Source: Chiloscyllium plagiosum
Taxonomy: Eukaryota
DNA length: 64,000 bases
Reading direction: 5' to 3'
NCBI RefSeq assembly: GCF_004010195.1
Contig: NC_057731.1
Location: forward strand, 13,106,145-13,170,144
Shown here: positions 25,100-38,689 of the stretch, piece by piece
Position numbering within the stretch: position 1 is the first letter of the stretch
How the letters are laid out: every line of letters begins with the position of its first letter
Notes under the pieces: model-generated
The model's database searches: none
The model's input: the letters and a program-made list of their open reading frames with translations, nothing else
What the model was told of the DNA's origin: nothing
Program-made: the position numbers and the translations under genes

Positions 25100-25910
25100 G
25101 GGGTGGGGGGTGTAGGTTTGCTCGCTGAGCTGTAGGTTTGATATCCAGACATTTCATTACCTGGCTAGGTAACATCATCAGTGGCAACCTCCAAGTGAAG
25201 CGAAGCTGTTGTCTCCTGCTTTCTATTTATATCTTTCTCCTGGATGGGGTTCCTGGGGTTTGTGGTGATGTCATTTCCTGTTCATTTTCTGAGGGGTTGA
25301 TAGATGGCATCTAGATCTATGTGTTTNNNNNNNNNNNNNNNNNNNNNNNNNNNNNNNNGTGTCTTTTTGTGGCTAGCTGGTGTTTGTGTATCTTGGTGGC
25401 TAACTTTCTTCCTGTTTGTCCTACGTAGTGTTTGTGGCAGTCCTTGCATGGAATTTTGTAGATGACGTTGGTTTTGTCCATGGGTTATACTGGATTCCGA
25501 GGGGTCTTAGTAGTCTGGCTATCATTTCTGAAACTTCTTTGATGTATGGTAAGGTGGTTAGGGTTTCTGACTGTGTTTGGTCTGCTTGTCGTGGTTTGTT
25601 CTTGAGGAATCTGTGCACTGTATTTTTTTTGAGTATCTGTTCTTCTTTATACGTTGTATAGATGGTTCTCCTCTGTTTTCCGAAGTTCGTCTGTGCTGCA
25701 GTGTGTGGTGGCTCGTTGGAATAGTGTTCTGATACAGCTTCATTTGAGTGTGTTGGGATGGTTTCTGGTGTAGTTAAGTATTTGGTCAGATTTTGTCGAT
25801 TTTCTGTATACCCAGGTTTGTAGTTCTCCATTGTCCTTTCTTTCTACTGTGACGTCCAGGAATGCGAGGTTGTTATCGGTTTCTTCCTCCTTGGTGAACT
25901 TTATGCCTTG
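25100..25910 (-). mobile_element. Penelope-like element fragment (Poseidon/Penelope-type), gapped
   Basis: FLDVTV, TVHRFLKNKP and TLPYIKEVSEMIARLLRPLGI are typical of this RT thumb/linker region. A hammerhead motif sits at the 3' end. Confidence 0.8.
25145..25184 (-). ncRNA. Minimal hammerhead ribozyme motif, third sequence family
   Basis: Minus strand CCA-CTGATGA-T-GTTACCT AGCC AGGTAAT-GAAA-T-GTC-TGG: stem I CCA/TGG, 7-bp stem II and a GUC cleavage triplet. Confidence 0.65.
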
Positions 25911-26106
25911 GTATCTCCCCTTGATTCCTCCAAAAGCTCATTAAGGCACTTGTCACTGTCTCTGTACAATACATGAATCCAAAAGCCCTTCCTAACTTAC
26001 TCTGATGCTAATCCATCCCAGCTAATCCCTCGCATGCTAATGCTGACATGATGAACTCTCCCTACAAAGACCAGCTCTCACCACCTTTCAACAAGGCCTT
26101 TGTTTT

Positions 26107-26328
26107 CAAAGTTAAAAATCACACAACACCAGGTTATAGTCTAACAGGTTTAATTGGAAGCACACTAGCTTTCGGAGTGACGCTCTTTCATCAGGTGTCT
26201 ATCACCTGATGAAGGAGCAGCGCTCCAAAAGCTAGTGTGCTTCCAATTAAACCTGTTGGACTATAACCTGGTGTTGTGTGATTTTTAACTTTGTACACCC
26301 CAGTCCAACACCGGTATCTCCAAATCAT
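26107..26328. mobile_element. Fold-back (palindromic) PLE-derived mini-element, family A
   Basis: ~90-bp inverted arms around GTCTAT, each with CTGATGA..GAAAGCTA or a variant. Flanks TGTTTTCAA and TATTTTCAA are TSD-like. Confidence 0.85.
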
Positions 26329-26419
26329 TATTTTCAAGAACTTCTTTTGATAATTGCACCACGATCATGGTCTTTAAATGTAAATTCCTGCAGAAGAGTT
26401 TATGATCAGTTGGGCAATG

Positions 26420-26985
26420 TGAAAGTCATAGAGTTGTACAGCACAGAAACAGATCCTTCGGTCCAACTTTTCCATGCCAACCAGGTACCCCAACCCAACC
26501 TAGTCTCACCTGCCAGCACTTGGCCCATATCCCTCCAAACCCTTCCTATTCATATACCCATCCAGATGCCTTTTAAATGTTGTAATTGTACCAGCCCCCA
26601 CCACTTCCTCTAGAAGAAAAATGTGCCAAGCAAGCTAAGATAAAAGGTAGGGAGGAGGGACTTGGGGGAGGGGCATTGGAATTGCGATAGGTGGAAGGAG
26701 GTTAAGGTGAGCTTTTCCAGCAACACATTTTCAGCTCCACCACTTCCTCTGACAGCTCATTCCATACACGCACCACCCTTTGTGTGAAAAATTGCCCTTT
26801 AGATCTGTTTTATATCTTTCCCCTCTCACCCTAAACCTATGCCCTCGAGTTCTGGACTCCCTCACCCAAGATTTTGTATATTTATCCTATCCATGCCCCT
26901 CATGATTTTATAAACCTCTATAAGGTCACCCTCAGCCTCTGAAGCTTCAGGGAAAACAGTCCCAGCCTGTTCAGCCTCTCCCTAT
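26420..26985 (-). mobile_element. CR1 3' fragment with a nested PLE-end insertion (26612-26736)
   Basis: Reverse complement of the CR1 tail at 27720-28130. The insert is flanked by CCACCACTTCCTCT at 26598-26611 and 26737-26750. Confidence 0.85.
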
Positions 26986-27184
26986 TCAGTGGAGATCAGT
27001 GATTGGTGAGCTATCAATTCCAGCTTATTTGTTTCCTCAGCATCAGTCCAGAAACACAGCCTGGTAAATGAAACAAATCACTATTGTATTGCTTTCTGGC
27101 TTCTGCCAGTATAGGCAAATGAGCAAAGGAGTGGTGGGTGAACTGGACTTGTAACCTGTAATGGCACAGGCACCAGAAAGTTGA

Positions 27185-28130
27185 AAGATTTCCTGGTTAT
27201 GGAGGTTGGCCAGTTATGGACAGTGAAGAAAGTGGGATCTTGATCAGATGGAAAATGTGGTGCTGGAAAAACACAGCAGGCCAGGCAGCATCCGAGGAGC
27301 AGGAGAATCTCCCTCTTGATCAGATGGGCCAATGGGCCAAGGAGTGGCAGATGAAATTTAATTTAGATAAATGTGAGGTGCTGCATTTTGGGAAAGCAAA
27401 TCTTAGCAGGACTTATACACTTAATGGTAAGGCCCTGGGGAGTGAAGCTGAACAAAGAGACCTTGGAGTGCAGGTTCGTAGCTCCTTAAAAGTAGAGCCG
27501 CAGGTAGATAGGATAGTGAAGAAGATGTTTGGTATGCTTTCCTTAATTGGTCAAAGCATTGAGTACAGGAGTTGGGGTTGCAGCTGTACAGGACATTGGT
27601 TAGTTCACTTTTGGAATATTGTGTGCAATTCTGGTCTCCCTCCTATCAGAAGGATGTTGTGAAACTTAGAAGGGTTCAGAAAAGATTTACAAAGATGTTG
27701 ACAGAGTTTGAGGATTTGAGCTAAATGTTGAAAGGCTAGGGCTGTTTTCCCTGGAGCATCGGAGGCTGAGGGATGACCTTATAGAGGTTTATAAAATCAT
27801 GAGGGACATAGGTAGGGTAAATAGGGGAGGTCCTTTCCCTGGATTAGTGGAGTCCAGAACTAGAGGTCATAGGTTTAGAATGAGAGGAGAACGATATAAA
27901 AGAGACCTAAGGGGCAACTTTTTCATGCAGAGGGTGGTGTGTGTATGGAATGAGCTGCTAGAGGAAGTGGTGGAGGCTGGTACAATTACAACAGTTAATA
28001 GGAAGGGTTTTGGGGGACATGAGCCAAGTGCTGGCAAATGGGACTAGATTAGTTTAGATATCTGGTCGGCGTGGATAATTTGGACCAAAGAGTCTGTTTC
28101 CGTGCTGTACATCTCTCTGACTCTGTGACT
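27185..28130 (+). mobile_element. CR1 LINE 3' portion with a nested 62-bp PLE-end insertion
   Basis: DQMGQWAKEWQMKFNLDKCEVLHFG..EQRDLGVQV and RTRGH..NFFMQRVV..WNEL. The insert 27252-27313 is flanked by TCTTGATCAGATGG. Confidence 0.9.
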
Positions 28131-28389
28131 CTATTACTGTGCTTTACAGATAACGTAGCCACCGATGAGTGTTTCTGTAGCAGAGCTGCTGAGCCAGACA
28201 TAGAACCAGGCAATATTGTGAAGACCGAAGGAAGTGATCTTGGTCTGACAGAGTGGATATGTGGTCGGAAACTTAGGGTGGAAGGTTCCAGACACTGTAG
28301 CCTTAGGAATGCAGGCAGGACACCGGGAAGATCGAAGGATGTAATTTTGGGATGGTTGTCCATCAGACTGCTACCATTAAGAATGTCTA

Positions 28390-28725
28390 TCAGGTCATAG
28401 TGTCATTCAACATGGATCCAAATCATTTGGTCCATGCTGAACATAAACCCAAACTAAACTAGTCCCACTTGTCTGCTCCAGGCCCATATCCTTCCAAACC
28501 TTTCCCATTCACCTACTCACCTAAGGGTCTTTTTAGGTTGTAACTATGCCCACATCCACCACTTCCTCAGGAAATTCATTACATGTACAAACCATCTTCT
28601 GTGTAAAAACATTGACCTATCATATTTATTTTTCTCTCCGCTCACCTTAACAATATTCCCTCGAGTCTTGAGGTCCCCATCCTAGAAAAAGGACACCTAC
28701 CATTAACTTTATCTATATCTCTCAT
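28390..28725 (-). mobile_element. CR1 3' fragment
   Basis: Similar to the tail at 26420-26985. Confidence 0.65.
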
Positions 28726-30609
28726 CTAGGGATGGGCCGGAATGGGGATTGGCTACTTGGAGAAACCAACCTGCATATTTAAGGCTTTGATCAGGAGTCA
28801 TTCAGAGCACTCCTGGTGTTTTACTGTTGGTGGGCATCCCTGGGGCATTCCAAAGGACTGTCAGTGCTGGCAGAGGCAGTGTAACCCTGCCCTCTACTAC
28901 TGTCCTTCTTGAGTCTCTGCATTCCTCTCATTCCCAGTTGTTCCAAACCTCTGGCTTTAATCCTTGCAGCATTGCTGGCAGTCCCTTCAGCTTCGATCTA
29001 AGCTCTGATATTGCTGCCTAAACCTCAGCATCACTTTGCCAATCCTTCTTTAAGATGCTCCTTAAAAGCTGCCTTTTTTAAAAATTCAAAGTAATGCACC
29101 ATATGCTTCTGGATTCTTTACAGTGATTGATGCTGTTACTGTGAGGTCTTTGTCTCTAACTCCAAATTGTCAATATCAATGAGAAACAAAAATGATCCGG
29201 CCCTAATCCTTCTTCAGCACTGAATTTAATCCTATTCCATTCTGAATAACTTGGCCCTTATCCAGACTCTGCTTTTTATATTTCTTTAAGCAATGTGGCC
29301 TCCACACAGTTATTTATTCTGTATCCTCACACCTTACACTTCATCATGAACGTATGATGTGGAACTTAATGAAAGGCAGTTAGAAGATCCAAGTTTCTGA
29401 CATTTTAAAGCTTCTTTAATGTAACAAACCATCCCAAAAGTCAGAAGCATTACGAAGCAAATTGAACATCAAGCCATTTTGACACAAGAGCATACTTGGC
29501 TAATGAGAGTGGTTTTAAGGAGAATTTTAGAAGAGGAAATGGAGTTGAAGAGAGAGGACAAAGTATTGGGAGGGAATTCCAACACATAGGAATGAGGCTG
29601 CTAAAGATTCAGGCAAAGACTTTCCAATGTTCAGTAAAAGAAAGGCAGCGAGTGAGCTGTGTATCATTGTATCGCCCTGGCATGGGGCAAACTATTCCAT
29701 ACAATCACATGCTTCTCAGTTATACAGCAAGCGATTGTGTAAGTTACTCAACAATTCACGTAGTGAGTGTGACAGAAGTTCTCACCGTTGGCTGGAATCT
29801 ACAGGCTTCCAAAGGGCATCCAGTCTCCATACCTGATGCTGCGGCCCCACACTGTGCTAGTTACCCCATAATATCAGGCACAGAAGAAAAACACAGAAGG
29901 ACTCTCCTTCTCAACTTCACCCCTTGCCTGAGGAGTGCTAACCCTTAAGGTAACCCAGTCGTAGGACTGTGGCAACTGTATTGTTGGCGTTTCTACCTCA
30001 TTTTTCTTTTTAGACTGATTTCATGATCACCTCCTTCTGCACTTCATCATTATTCTCTTCTCATTCTATCTTTCTTGCCTAAAACTGCCCTTCTACATTG
30101 TTCATTTGTCTGTAATTTCCCTGACAATTTAATTGCTTAATTTCTAATACAACTGAAATATTTTCCAGTTCTGATGCACGATCACTGATCTGAAACAATG
30201 TCCTCTCCACAGAACCTGCCAGACCACCTTAGCAACGTTGCCTCTGCTTCTGCGACTTGCTTTTTGAACCCACTGGTTGGTTTAAGGACTATCATTGGAC
30301 AAACGTTGCTCCATGTTGCAACGTGTGTCTCTATTTTAAATCCTTGACTTCCTTACAATTCAAAGTGATCCCTAGAGATCTAATTGAGTCAAAGATTAAA
30401 CACCAAACCTAGAGCCTTCTCTGGGTTTATTTGGCCCATGGGAGATTGTAAACAGTGCTTCAGTGATCTGAAAGGAATGTGGCAACATCCCACCGTGAGG
30501 GAGGATGCTGTTTTACTGCAGAATATCACCATTCTTGGTTTTAACTGGGTCCTGATCTCGGCTTCATGTTAGCCCCTTGCAGCTGGATGTCTCCCTGTTG
30601 GAGGTTTAA

Positions 30610-31050
30610 CGCTGTACAACATGGAAACAGATCTTTCAGTTCAACTCGTCCATGTTGACCAGACATCGTAAACTGATCTGGTGCCATTTGCCAGCATTTG
30701 GTTCATGTCCCTCAAAACCCTTCCTATTCACATACCCATCGAGGTGCCTTTTAAATGTTGGAATTGAACCCATCTCTGCCATCTCCTTTGGCAACTCTTC
30801 TGAAATGTGAACTCTTTTCAAGGTTATTTAATTCCCTAAGTTCCCTAGCTTCCATATCCTTCTCCACAGTAAATACTGATGTGACATATTTGTTTAGTAT
30901 CTCACCCATCTGCTGTGGTTGCACACATCGATAGCCACATTGATTTTTAAGTGGCCCTATTCTCTGCCTAGTTACTGTTTGTCTTTAATGTGTTTATAGA
31001 ATCTCTTTGGAATTCTCCTTGACTCTATTCACCATAGCTATCTCATGTCC
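30610..31050 (-). mobile_element. CR1 fragments
   Basis: ELPKEMAEMGSIPTFKRHLDGYVNRKGFEG matches the CR1 ORF2 terminus. Confidence 0.7.
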
Positions 31051-31369
31051 CGTATCCTGATGGCAGGGCCCACCTTGTTATGTCAGATAACCTTTCCAGC
31101 TATGATCGGCTATTCACAATTCAAATTAATTTCAATATTCATGATCATTTCAGTGGTGATGGTTATTTATATGGCAACAAAGCCTAGCCCTGTGTGTCAG
31201 TGGAAAAATATATTTAAGTGAAACGAGAAATAGTTAAAGGTAGAATATACTCCTTATAACTGGCCTGCATCTGTTAAAAGTGAGGTACATTCTGATGCCA
31301 GAAATCTCTCTGAGAGGATAGGGAAGAGGAAGTGGCACAAAAGGGCAGATTGTGTACTCAATACTGGAG

Positions 31370-32660
31370 CATTGCTTCAGGCTGTGCAGAGGACGAAAGA
31401 GGTCCTGTTTTTACAGAGGGCTGGGAGGCTCCCCAGACAGACACACAGACAGATTAACTCATTGGATGTAAATAGCCCAAGCAGTCAATGGTAGCAAGGA
31501 CAGGGACATGGAGGTCCTGGTCAAGAGGAGAGGAGTCCTCTTCTTGGAGAATCAGCAGAGGAGGCCATGACACCAGCTCCTGCCAAACTGGTTGGAATTA
31601 ACTGGGTCAGTGCCATCTTGATGGTCTGAAGGGACAGCCAGCAGTGTTATAAACAGGTTAATGACATTCTCCGCACTGTCAGGGTAAGCAGCATACTTTT
31701 CTCGCTGTCACCTTACAGTCATTCTGTCTTGTTATTGCACTCACCTCACACATCCCCACCATTCTCACTGTTGCATGTAACATCTTCCCTCACTTGCTCT
31801 CCCTTCAACCTCCCACACCACTAACAGTGCATGCCCTTTGGACTGTCTCCACAGTGCTCTGTTACATCTCACCACCTTTCCCTACGTGCACCAGAATGAA
31901 CAGATTTACCATGCACTATCATCTCACTTGTTTTCCTCCTGTTTCTCATTCCAGGGAGACACAGGGCAGACAGAGCTTGTATGGGTGACGAGTGCCAACA
32001 GCTGTGTCCTCACCCCCAACAAAGGGAAAACCATGGCCCTCGCAGGACAAGGGAGGGACTGCTCCTGTGAGGAACATACAACTCTCAATACCTGAGTAAA
32101 TGCCTCTCTGTGTACCACTGCCTCTCTCCTATTGACCCTGCTGTCATCCTCAATCAGTCCATACCACTTCTAACTACTGGTCACGACACCCTCTCTCTCA
32201 CTTCTGTCTTGCCGGTTCTGCAAGGTTCCTGACAATGTCTCTAGAGAAGCAGCCAGCTGTGGGTGAACCCCCTGCTCCTAGATTTCCTTGGCTGAGAGTT
32301 TGGAGGCCTCAGAGGAAGCATCATTAGCAAGGCTGCCCCATCAGCTCAGACACTGAGACCTGTAGATGGAATGTGAGGGTACTCAAGCTGGTGAGCACCT
32401 CACAGTGACAGCCCTGCAGCTGGCCAAGGGGGAAACGGTCCAGACCACTGGTACTCGGAGGGCTCAGGCAGGAGGGACCAGTGGTGTCAGCGATCAGGGA
32501 TTGTGTTCTAATGTACAGGGAGGGTCAGGAACAGCAGGCAGCTATCTGGGAGGCACTGGCTGTCATTGCCCAGAAACTACAGCTGTGCTGCAACATTAGA
32601 GTTTGTCTGGCTGTCTCGATGGACAAATTGGCAGTTACTATGGATACTAGGTCCAGTATC
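31370..32660 (+). mobile_element. Decayed Harbinger-type Myb/SANT-like (NAIF1-like) gene relic
   Basis: DMEVLV-KRRGVLF...RRP..LPNWLE..SAI..RDSQQCYKQVNDILRTVR, with stops and a frameshift, followed by a GTAAG donor at 31684. This resembles the trihelix W..(R)..QCRKR.NDL motif. Confidence 0.5.
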
Positions 32661-32794
32661 CTCNNNNNNNNNNNNNNNNNNNNNNNNNNNNNNNNNNNNN
32701 NNNNNNNNNNNNNNNNNNNNNNNNNNNNNNNNNNNNNNNNNNNNNNNNNNNNNNNNNNNNNNNNNNNNNNNNNNNNNNNNNNNNNNNNNNNNNN

Positions 32795-33648
32795 CACATA
32801 CTCTCTTTCTCTCACACACACGCACACTTTCTCTCTCACACACATACATACANNNNNNNNNNNNNNNNNNNNNNNNNNNNNNNNNNNNNNNNNNNNNNNN
32901 NNNNNNNNNNNNNNNNNNNNNNNNNNNNNNNNNNNNNNNNNNNNNNNNNNNNNNNNNNNNNNNNNNNNNNNNNNNNNNNNNNNNNNNNNNNNNNNNNNNN
33001 NNNNNNNNNNNNNNNNNNNNNNNNNNNNNNNNNNNNNNNNNNNNNNNNNNNNNNNNNNNNNNNNNNNNNNNNNNNNNNNNNNNNNNNNNNNNNNNNNNNN
33101 NNNNNNNNNNNNNNNNNNNNNNNNNNNNNNNNNNNNNNNNNNNNNNNNNNNNNNNNNNNNNNNNNNNNNNNNNNNNNNNNNNNNNNNNNNNNNNNNNNNN
33201 NNNNNNNNNNNNNNNNNNNNNNNNNNNNNNNNNNNNNNNNNNNNNNNNNNNNNNNNNNNNNNNNNNNNNNNNNNNNNNNNNNNNNNNNNNNNNNNNNNNN
33301 NNNNNNNNNNNNNNNNNNNNNNNNNNNNNNNNNNNNNNNNNNNNNNNNNNNNNNNNNNNNNNNNNNNNNNNNNNNNNNNNNNNNNNNNNNNNNNNNNNNN
33401 NNNNNNNNNNNNNNNNNNNNNNNNNNNNNNNNNNNNNNNNNNNNNNNNNNNNNNNNNNNNNNNNNNNNNNNNNNNNNNTCACATACACACACTCTCTTTC
33501 TCACACACACTCTCACACACACTCTCTCACACACACACTCTCTCTCACACATACACACTCTCTCTCACACATACACACTCTCTCACACACATACACTCTC
33601 TCTCTCTCACACACACACACATTCTCTCTCACACGCACACACACAAAC
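32795..33648 (+). repeat. (CA/CT)n compound microsatellite bordering assembly gaps 32664-32794 and 32853-33478
   Basis: Direct inspection. Confidence 0.95.
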
Positions 33649-35027
33649 ACCTCCTCAGGACTGAAGGCATGGTGACAGGGGCATGGGGTCCTTGAGCCCC
33701 ACTCCTGTGCCATCCATCCTCACAAAGAGACATGGCAATGCCAGGAGGCACCCAGCTAGCGATGGACCACACACAGATCTTTCGCCAGTTTCCACTTGGG
33801 GCACTCCACTTCCACTCTACCTGACACTTTCTCCCCCCCCCATGGGCATTCAAGGAGAGGAGGGGCAGCTTGCCTCTAGCAAGAGGACACCTGGTGTGTG
33901 TGGGACATCTAGATACAAGACATCTCCACACCCCACCCGCGTCAGCCCTCCAAACCTTCAAGGCCAAGGTGTTTCACATCAGAGCAGACTGCCTCAACCC
34001 AGGAAGTGAACTGAGGTTTGGTGGGAGGGAGAGAATATAGCAAGCTCATTGAGGGCAAAATGGAGGCACGGGGGAAGAACACTTTGGTGTAAACAAAAAT
34101 GTGCACAGGAATGTTGATGACATTAATTTGCATGGATCTGCTTTTGAATATGTTTGCGTAGGCACTGAATCTCTCTAATGCTTGTTTCGATCTGTGTGTG
34201 AATGTAAGCTGATAGACATTTGTTCAGCAGTGGCTATGCCAGGGAGGGGCCCCGCACAGAGAGAGTCAGTGCTGTAACATAGAGTCAACAATCTGCCGTG
34301 CCTGCCAACCTAATTCCCTAATCTCTCCCTCACCAACACTCTAACTTTGTTTAATTTTAACTGATTGACTTTGTTAAATTTTCAGAAAACAGTTTCATAC
34401 TGAGCCACAACATTCCCAAACTCAACTTGAAATTCTCCAAATTACAACCAATCTATGCACAGATCCTTAAATCTGATGTTATTAATTAACTCTGTTTACT
34501 AGATCTAAAATAGCCTGTTCCTAGTAGTTTGAAAATACATTCTTACAGAAAACTACTTCAACTGTATTAGATAAATGCAAACCAATCCTGCTAACTTGTT
34601 TTGCCTAGTCTCACTGAAGGTTAAAGTCCCCTATCATTATTCTACTACCCTGATTACATGCTACTCTCACTTGTTCTGCTCAACACTACCATTCCTAATG
34701 GGGACCCATAAACCAAGATTTCTTGGCCTTTGTCATTATCTTCACCTGTAATGAATCTACTTCCAGATTTTCAGGTCAAGCTCCTTTCCCACTGCTGTCT
34801 TTATTTCAGCTTTTATGATCAGCATTCCCCTTTTATGATCAGCATTCCCCTCAACCGTTGCTAGGTAAAAGCATGTATCTCCATTTTAGCCATTCATTTA
34901 CCTACCTTGTTAGGCATGTCTTGTACATTCAGGGATAGTGCCTATAACTTTATTTTTCCGATAATTTTCTGTGATTGGGCATTAATCATTAATAATTGCT
35001 CTTTACTTTGGTTAAGCTCACTTCATT

Positions 35028-35140
35028 CTGGTGGTGCAGTGGTAGTGTCCTTACCTACAAGCCAGGAGACCTGGGTTCAAGTCCCACCTGTTCCAGAGGT
35101 GTGTAATAACATCTCTAAGCAAGTCAATTAAAAAAAAATT
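35028..35140 (+). mobile_element. Short tRNA-derived SINE
   Basis: GGTGGTGCAGTGGTAG (A box), GGTTCAAGTCC (B box) and an A-tail. Confidence 0.65.
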
Positions 35141-36829
35141 AAAACTCTTTCACAGCTGGCTAGATTTGATCCAAATTAATACTCTCTTCATCAGCATTGA
35201 CACTTGTCTTTAGGTTTGTAAAGGTATCCTTACTTCAGCCCTCCCCATCATGTGCCCTATTTTTTTTAAAGCTCTGAACATCACACCCAACTACTGGATT
35301 TGGGCCGATAATGCTGGAACCAATCTGCCAGAATATCTCCCTCTTTTGCCTGAAGAGATCCCATTAACTCCAGGCTTTTAATCTTTCATGCTACATGAAT
35401 GTTGCTGCCAAGAGCAGCTCTTGTTGCCCATCTCTAATTACTCTTGAGTTGGGTGGGTCATCAGCCCCGTCAGAGGGACACGAGGAGTCCCCACTTTGCT
35501 GTGTCTCTGGAGTCAGGAGAGGACCAGCAGATTTCAGGAGGAGCGAACCCAATTGGGGTTTATGATAATTGGTGATAGTTGTTATTGTCACTATTACTGA
35601 GATGCTTTCTATTCCAGATTTATGAATTTAATTTAAAGTCTGTGAATCCATGTTGAAGGGAAACATCTGTGGATTCCTAGTCTAGTGACACTTCTACCAC
35701 TTCCTGTCCTTTGTATTGAAGCACCAGCCCCCCATATCACTCTCACAGTCATGTATTTAACCCTCGACTCTTGATTCCTGACTGTGACTCAGATATCATG
35801 CAGAGGATGCTATTTTTTAAGGTTTTGCTTTCAAATTTGGATTCCAGCTCCTCAAGCTACCTCATTCGAGATTACTTTTTAAATATGTCAATGTCATTAC
35901 GAGACCAATGATTACATTTCCCTCCTCATTGACCAACTTCCTCTCCAGTCACAAGTCCCTAAGTCTGACAATGCTAGGTAATATGCTGACAGATGATTGG
36001 CTGGCAGATCCCTGCAGAGAACTACAAACAGTCTCCAAAGAAGAGGAGGTTCCAGACTAAAGGCAAATATAGGCTATGGTGGGATCTGGATGACCGGTGA
36101 TCCTCAAAGGAGGTATGGCCACCCCTTACCTGATACCAGCTTTTGCAGCTAAACAAGTGGGATCAAGCCATGAAGTGACCAGTTAAAAGCCTCAGTAGGC
36201 CCAAGTATAGGCACACCATCCAATTCCTCTGGCATTGTTCATCAAATAAGAGACAGGTTAGGCACAGGATGAGTTTGCTGTATTGTAAGGGCTGCACGGA
36301 GCTTCATACCCAACAGCAAGGAACTGTCAAGTTCTGCCCTTCCTTCCAAATGTGCACTCTCCTAATGGGTGTCGAATGTTCTCATATTAATCTTAATGTA
36401 ATTAAGCTACATCCTTGAGTTTCAATTGAATTGAATTGAATTTATTGTCACGTGTGAGCAAAACAGGCAGATCACAGATTTAAGGAGCATAGATAGTAAA
36501 TAATAGGTAAACAACAGTAAAAACAAAAACACAGGCACAGGCAAAGGTTAAGAGTTTGTGAGTCCATTCAGTATTCTAACAACAGAGTGGGCAGCTTCAC
36601 CCCCATTTCCAGGCTCGGCCTAAACTCACCCCCATTGAATTCTAGTGTGTCTGGATCACAGCGAGTTAAACAGATATCCAAATATAGATGGCCTGTTGTC
36701 ATCACTGATTAACATTTCAATTCGGTAAACATGGAGCAGCTTGTGCAAGAAGCAGCAAAATCTTTTCTATAGACACTGGCACTGGAAATCAGTGAGAAAA
36801 ATAAATAACAAAAATGCTGCAGAAACTCA

Positions 36830-37050
36830 GCAACCATTTAGGACTGAGATGAGGAGAAATGTATTCACCTAGAGAATTGTGAGTGTGGAATTCATTGTCA
36901 CAGAATGCACTTGAGGGCAAAACATTGAGGGTTTTTAAAAAGGCATTTGGATATGGTTCTTAGGGCTAAAGGGATCAAACGGTGTGGGATGAAAGCAGGA
37001 ACAGGGTACTGAGTTGGACAATCAACTGGCCTTCTCCTGCTCTTATTTTC
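36830..37050 (+). mobile_element. CR1 3' fragment
   Basis: AGGAGAAATGTATTCACCTAGAGA..TGGAATTCATTG..GGGATCAA, the CR1 tail pattern. Confidence 0.65.
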
Positions 37051-38181
37051 TTTATCATTGTAAATAAGCTTTAATGAGAACATAGCATAGATTTCACCTG
37101 GGAAACCCATTATCCAAATTGCTGTAAACAATATTAAATATTGCAGTGCCAAAATATGAGACAAAAATATGCCCACGATCTGAGTGGGCTAAGAACACAG
37201 ATGCTAAGGTGGACAGATTTGCTAATAAAACATTTAATTAAACCTAGACTTTATCTTCTCTAGCCTGGTAACTGAACCTCAGCATGTCACATTTGCCAAG
37301 TAGTCCCAATTGTCCCTTATGTTGTTATTTACTTATTTTTAGAAGTCTATATAAATTTACACCTAAATGAGTTCAGCGGCTGTGTTAAAATATCAAAATA
37401 ATATTCAGGCTTTTTGACGGTGGGAGCCTCCTATGTTCAACATCGTTCTGCTTCTTTCAGGTTTTCCCATGTAACATGGGTCTGCGATATTGCTGGTTGT
37501 TATCAACTGCATTCTATCAATAATAGCAGAACGAGAATGGATTTGATAACAGGATGATGCTGTACATTGTGATGGAGCAGGACAGCATCAGGGCTATGCA
37601 AGAGACTATGGGGAAAGGACAGAATAATCTGTATGAGTGAGATGTGATTGCAGAGAGCAGTAACATGTACAAAAGTGTAAATAAAAAAGTCAGCAGAGTC
37701 AGGTTAGAGTTATTCATAGGGAGAGGGAACCAATTTAGAACATCGCTCTTCTCAAATATCTTTTCAAAATAAACAAGGCAGAAGAATTTAAAAATCACCG
37801 ACTTTCTTTAGCAATCTTGTTGCTCCGGCCACAATTCCCAAACTATTAATTTCAATGAAAAGCTGCATTCACAATAGTTCCTCCGACAGCACCTTCCAAA
37901 CTCACCAATCTCTACCATCTAGAAAGACAAGGATGCAAGGGAACACCACCTACTGCAAGTGCTCCTCTCGACCGCTCATTATTCTTTCTTGGACCTACAT
38001 TCTGTTTGCTTCATTGTTGTTGTCAAAATCTTGGAATACCCTTCCTAAGAGCACAGAAGGTGTACCTACAGCACATGGACTGTCCCAGTTCAAGAAGACA
38101 GCTCACCACCATCACCTTCTCATTGGTCATTCAAAATGGGCTGTAACCTTTGCCTTAGTCAGTGATGCCCAGATCCCATGA

Positions 38182-38589
38182 AATGGAGATGCCAGTGTTG
38201 GACTGGGGTGTACAAAGTTAAAAATCACACAACACCAGGTTATAGTGCAACAGGTTTAATTGGAAGCACTAGCTTTTGGAGCGCTGCTCCTTCATCAGGC
38301 AGTTGTACCACAACTACCTGATGAAGGAGCAATGCTCGAAAGCTAGTGCTTCCAATTAAACCTGTTGCAATGGAGATGCCGGTGTTGGACTGGGGTGTAC
38401 AAAGTTAAAAATCACACAACACCAGGTTATAGTGCAACAGGTTTAATTGGAAGCACTAGCTTTCGAGCGTTGCTCCTTCATCAGGTAGTTGTGGTACAAC
38501 TGCCTGATGAAGGAGCAGCGCTCCAAAAGCTAGTGCTTCCAATTAAACCTGTTGGACTATAACCTGGTGCTGTGTGATTTTTAACTTTG
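38182..38589. mobile_element. Dimeric fold-back PLE mini-element (family A) with four hammerhead-like cores
   Basis: Two hairpin units (38182-38367 and 38368-38589) sit between a single TSD, CAGATCCCATGA, at 38170-38181 and 38590-38601. Confidence 0.9.
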
Positions 38590-38689
38590 CAGATCCCATG
38601 AGGACATTTTAAAAATCCAAACTGGTTCATATGCCTTGTGTTGAAGTTCAAATTTGCTCTTTATTTACACCAGTTTTAATAAAAACAAT

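Noticed and set aside
26107-26328. Hairpins as miRNA precursors, DNA-transposon MITEs or CRISPR-like repeats
   Set aside because: Asymmetric ends, variable 10-14 bp TSDs and hammerhead cores fit PLE retro-insertion. There is no spacer structure, and the DNA is eukaryotic.
32481-33695. Long ORFs of 240-404 aa (also 48872-49456)
   Set aside because: Artefacts of N gaps and microsatellite sequence.
34811-34851. Short tandem duplications (20 bp here; also ~937-980, ~10775-10830, 58501-58532)
   Set aside because: Ordinary slippage or repair duplications with no evident function.
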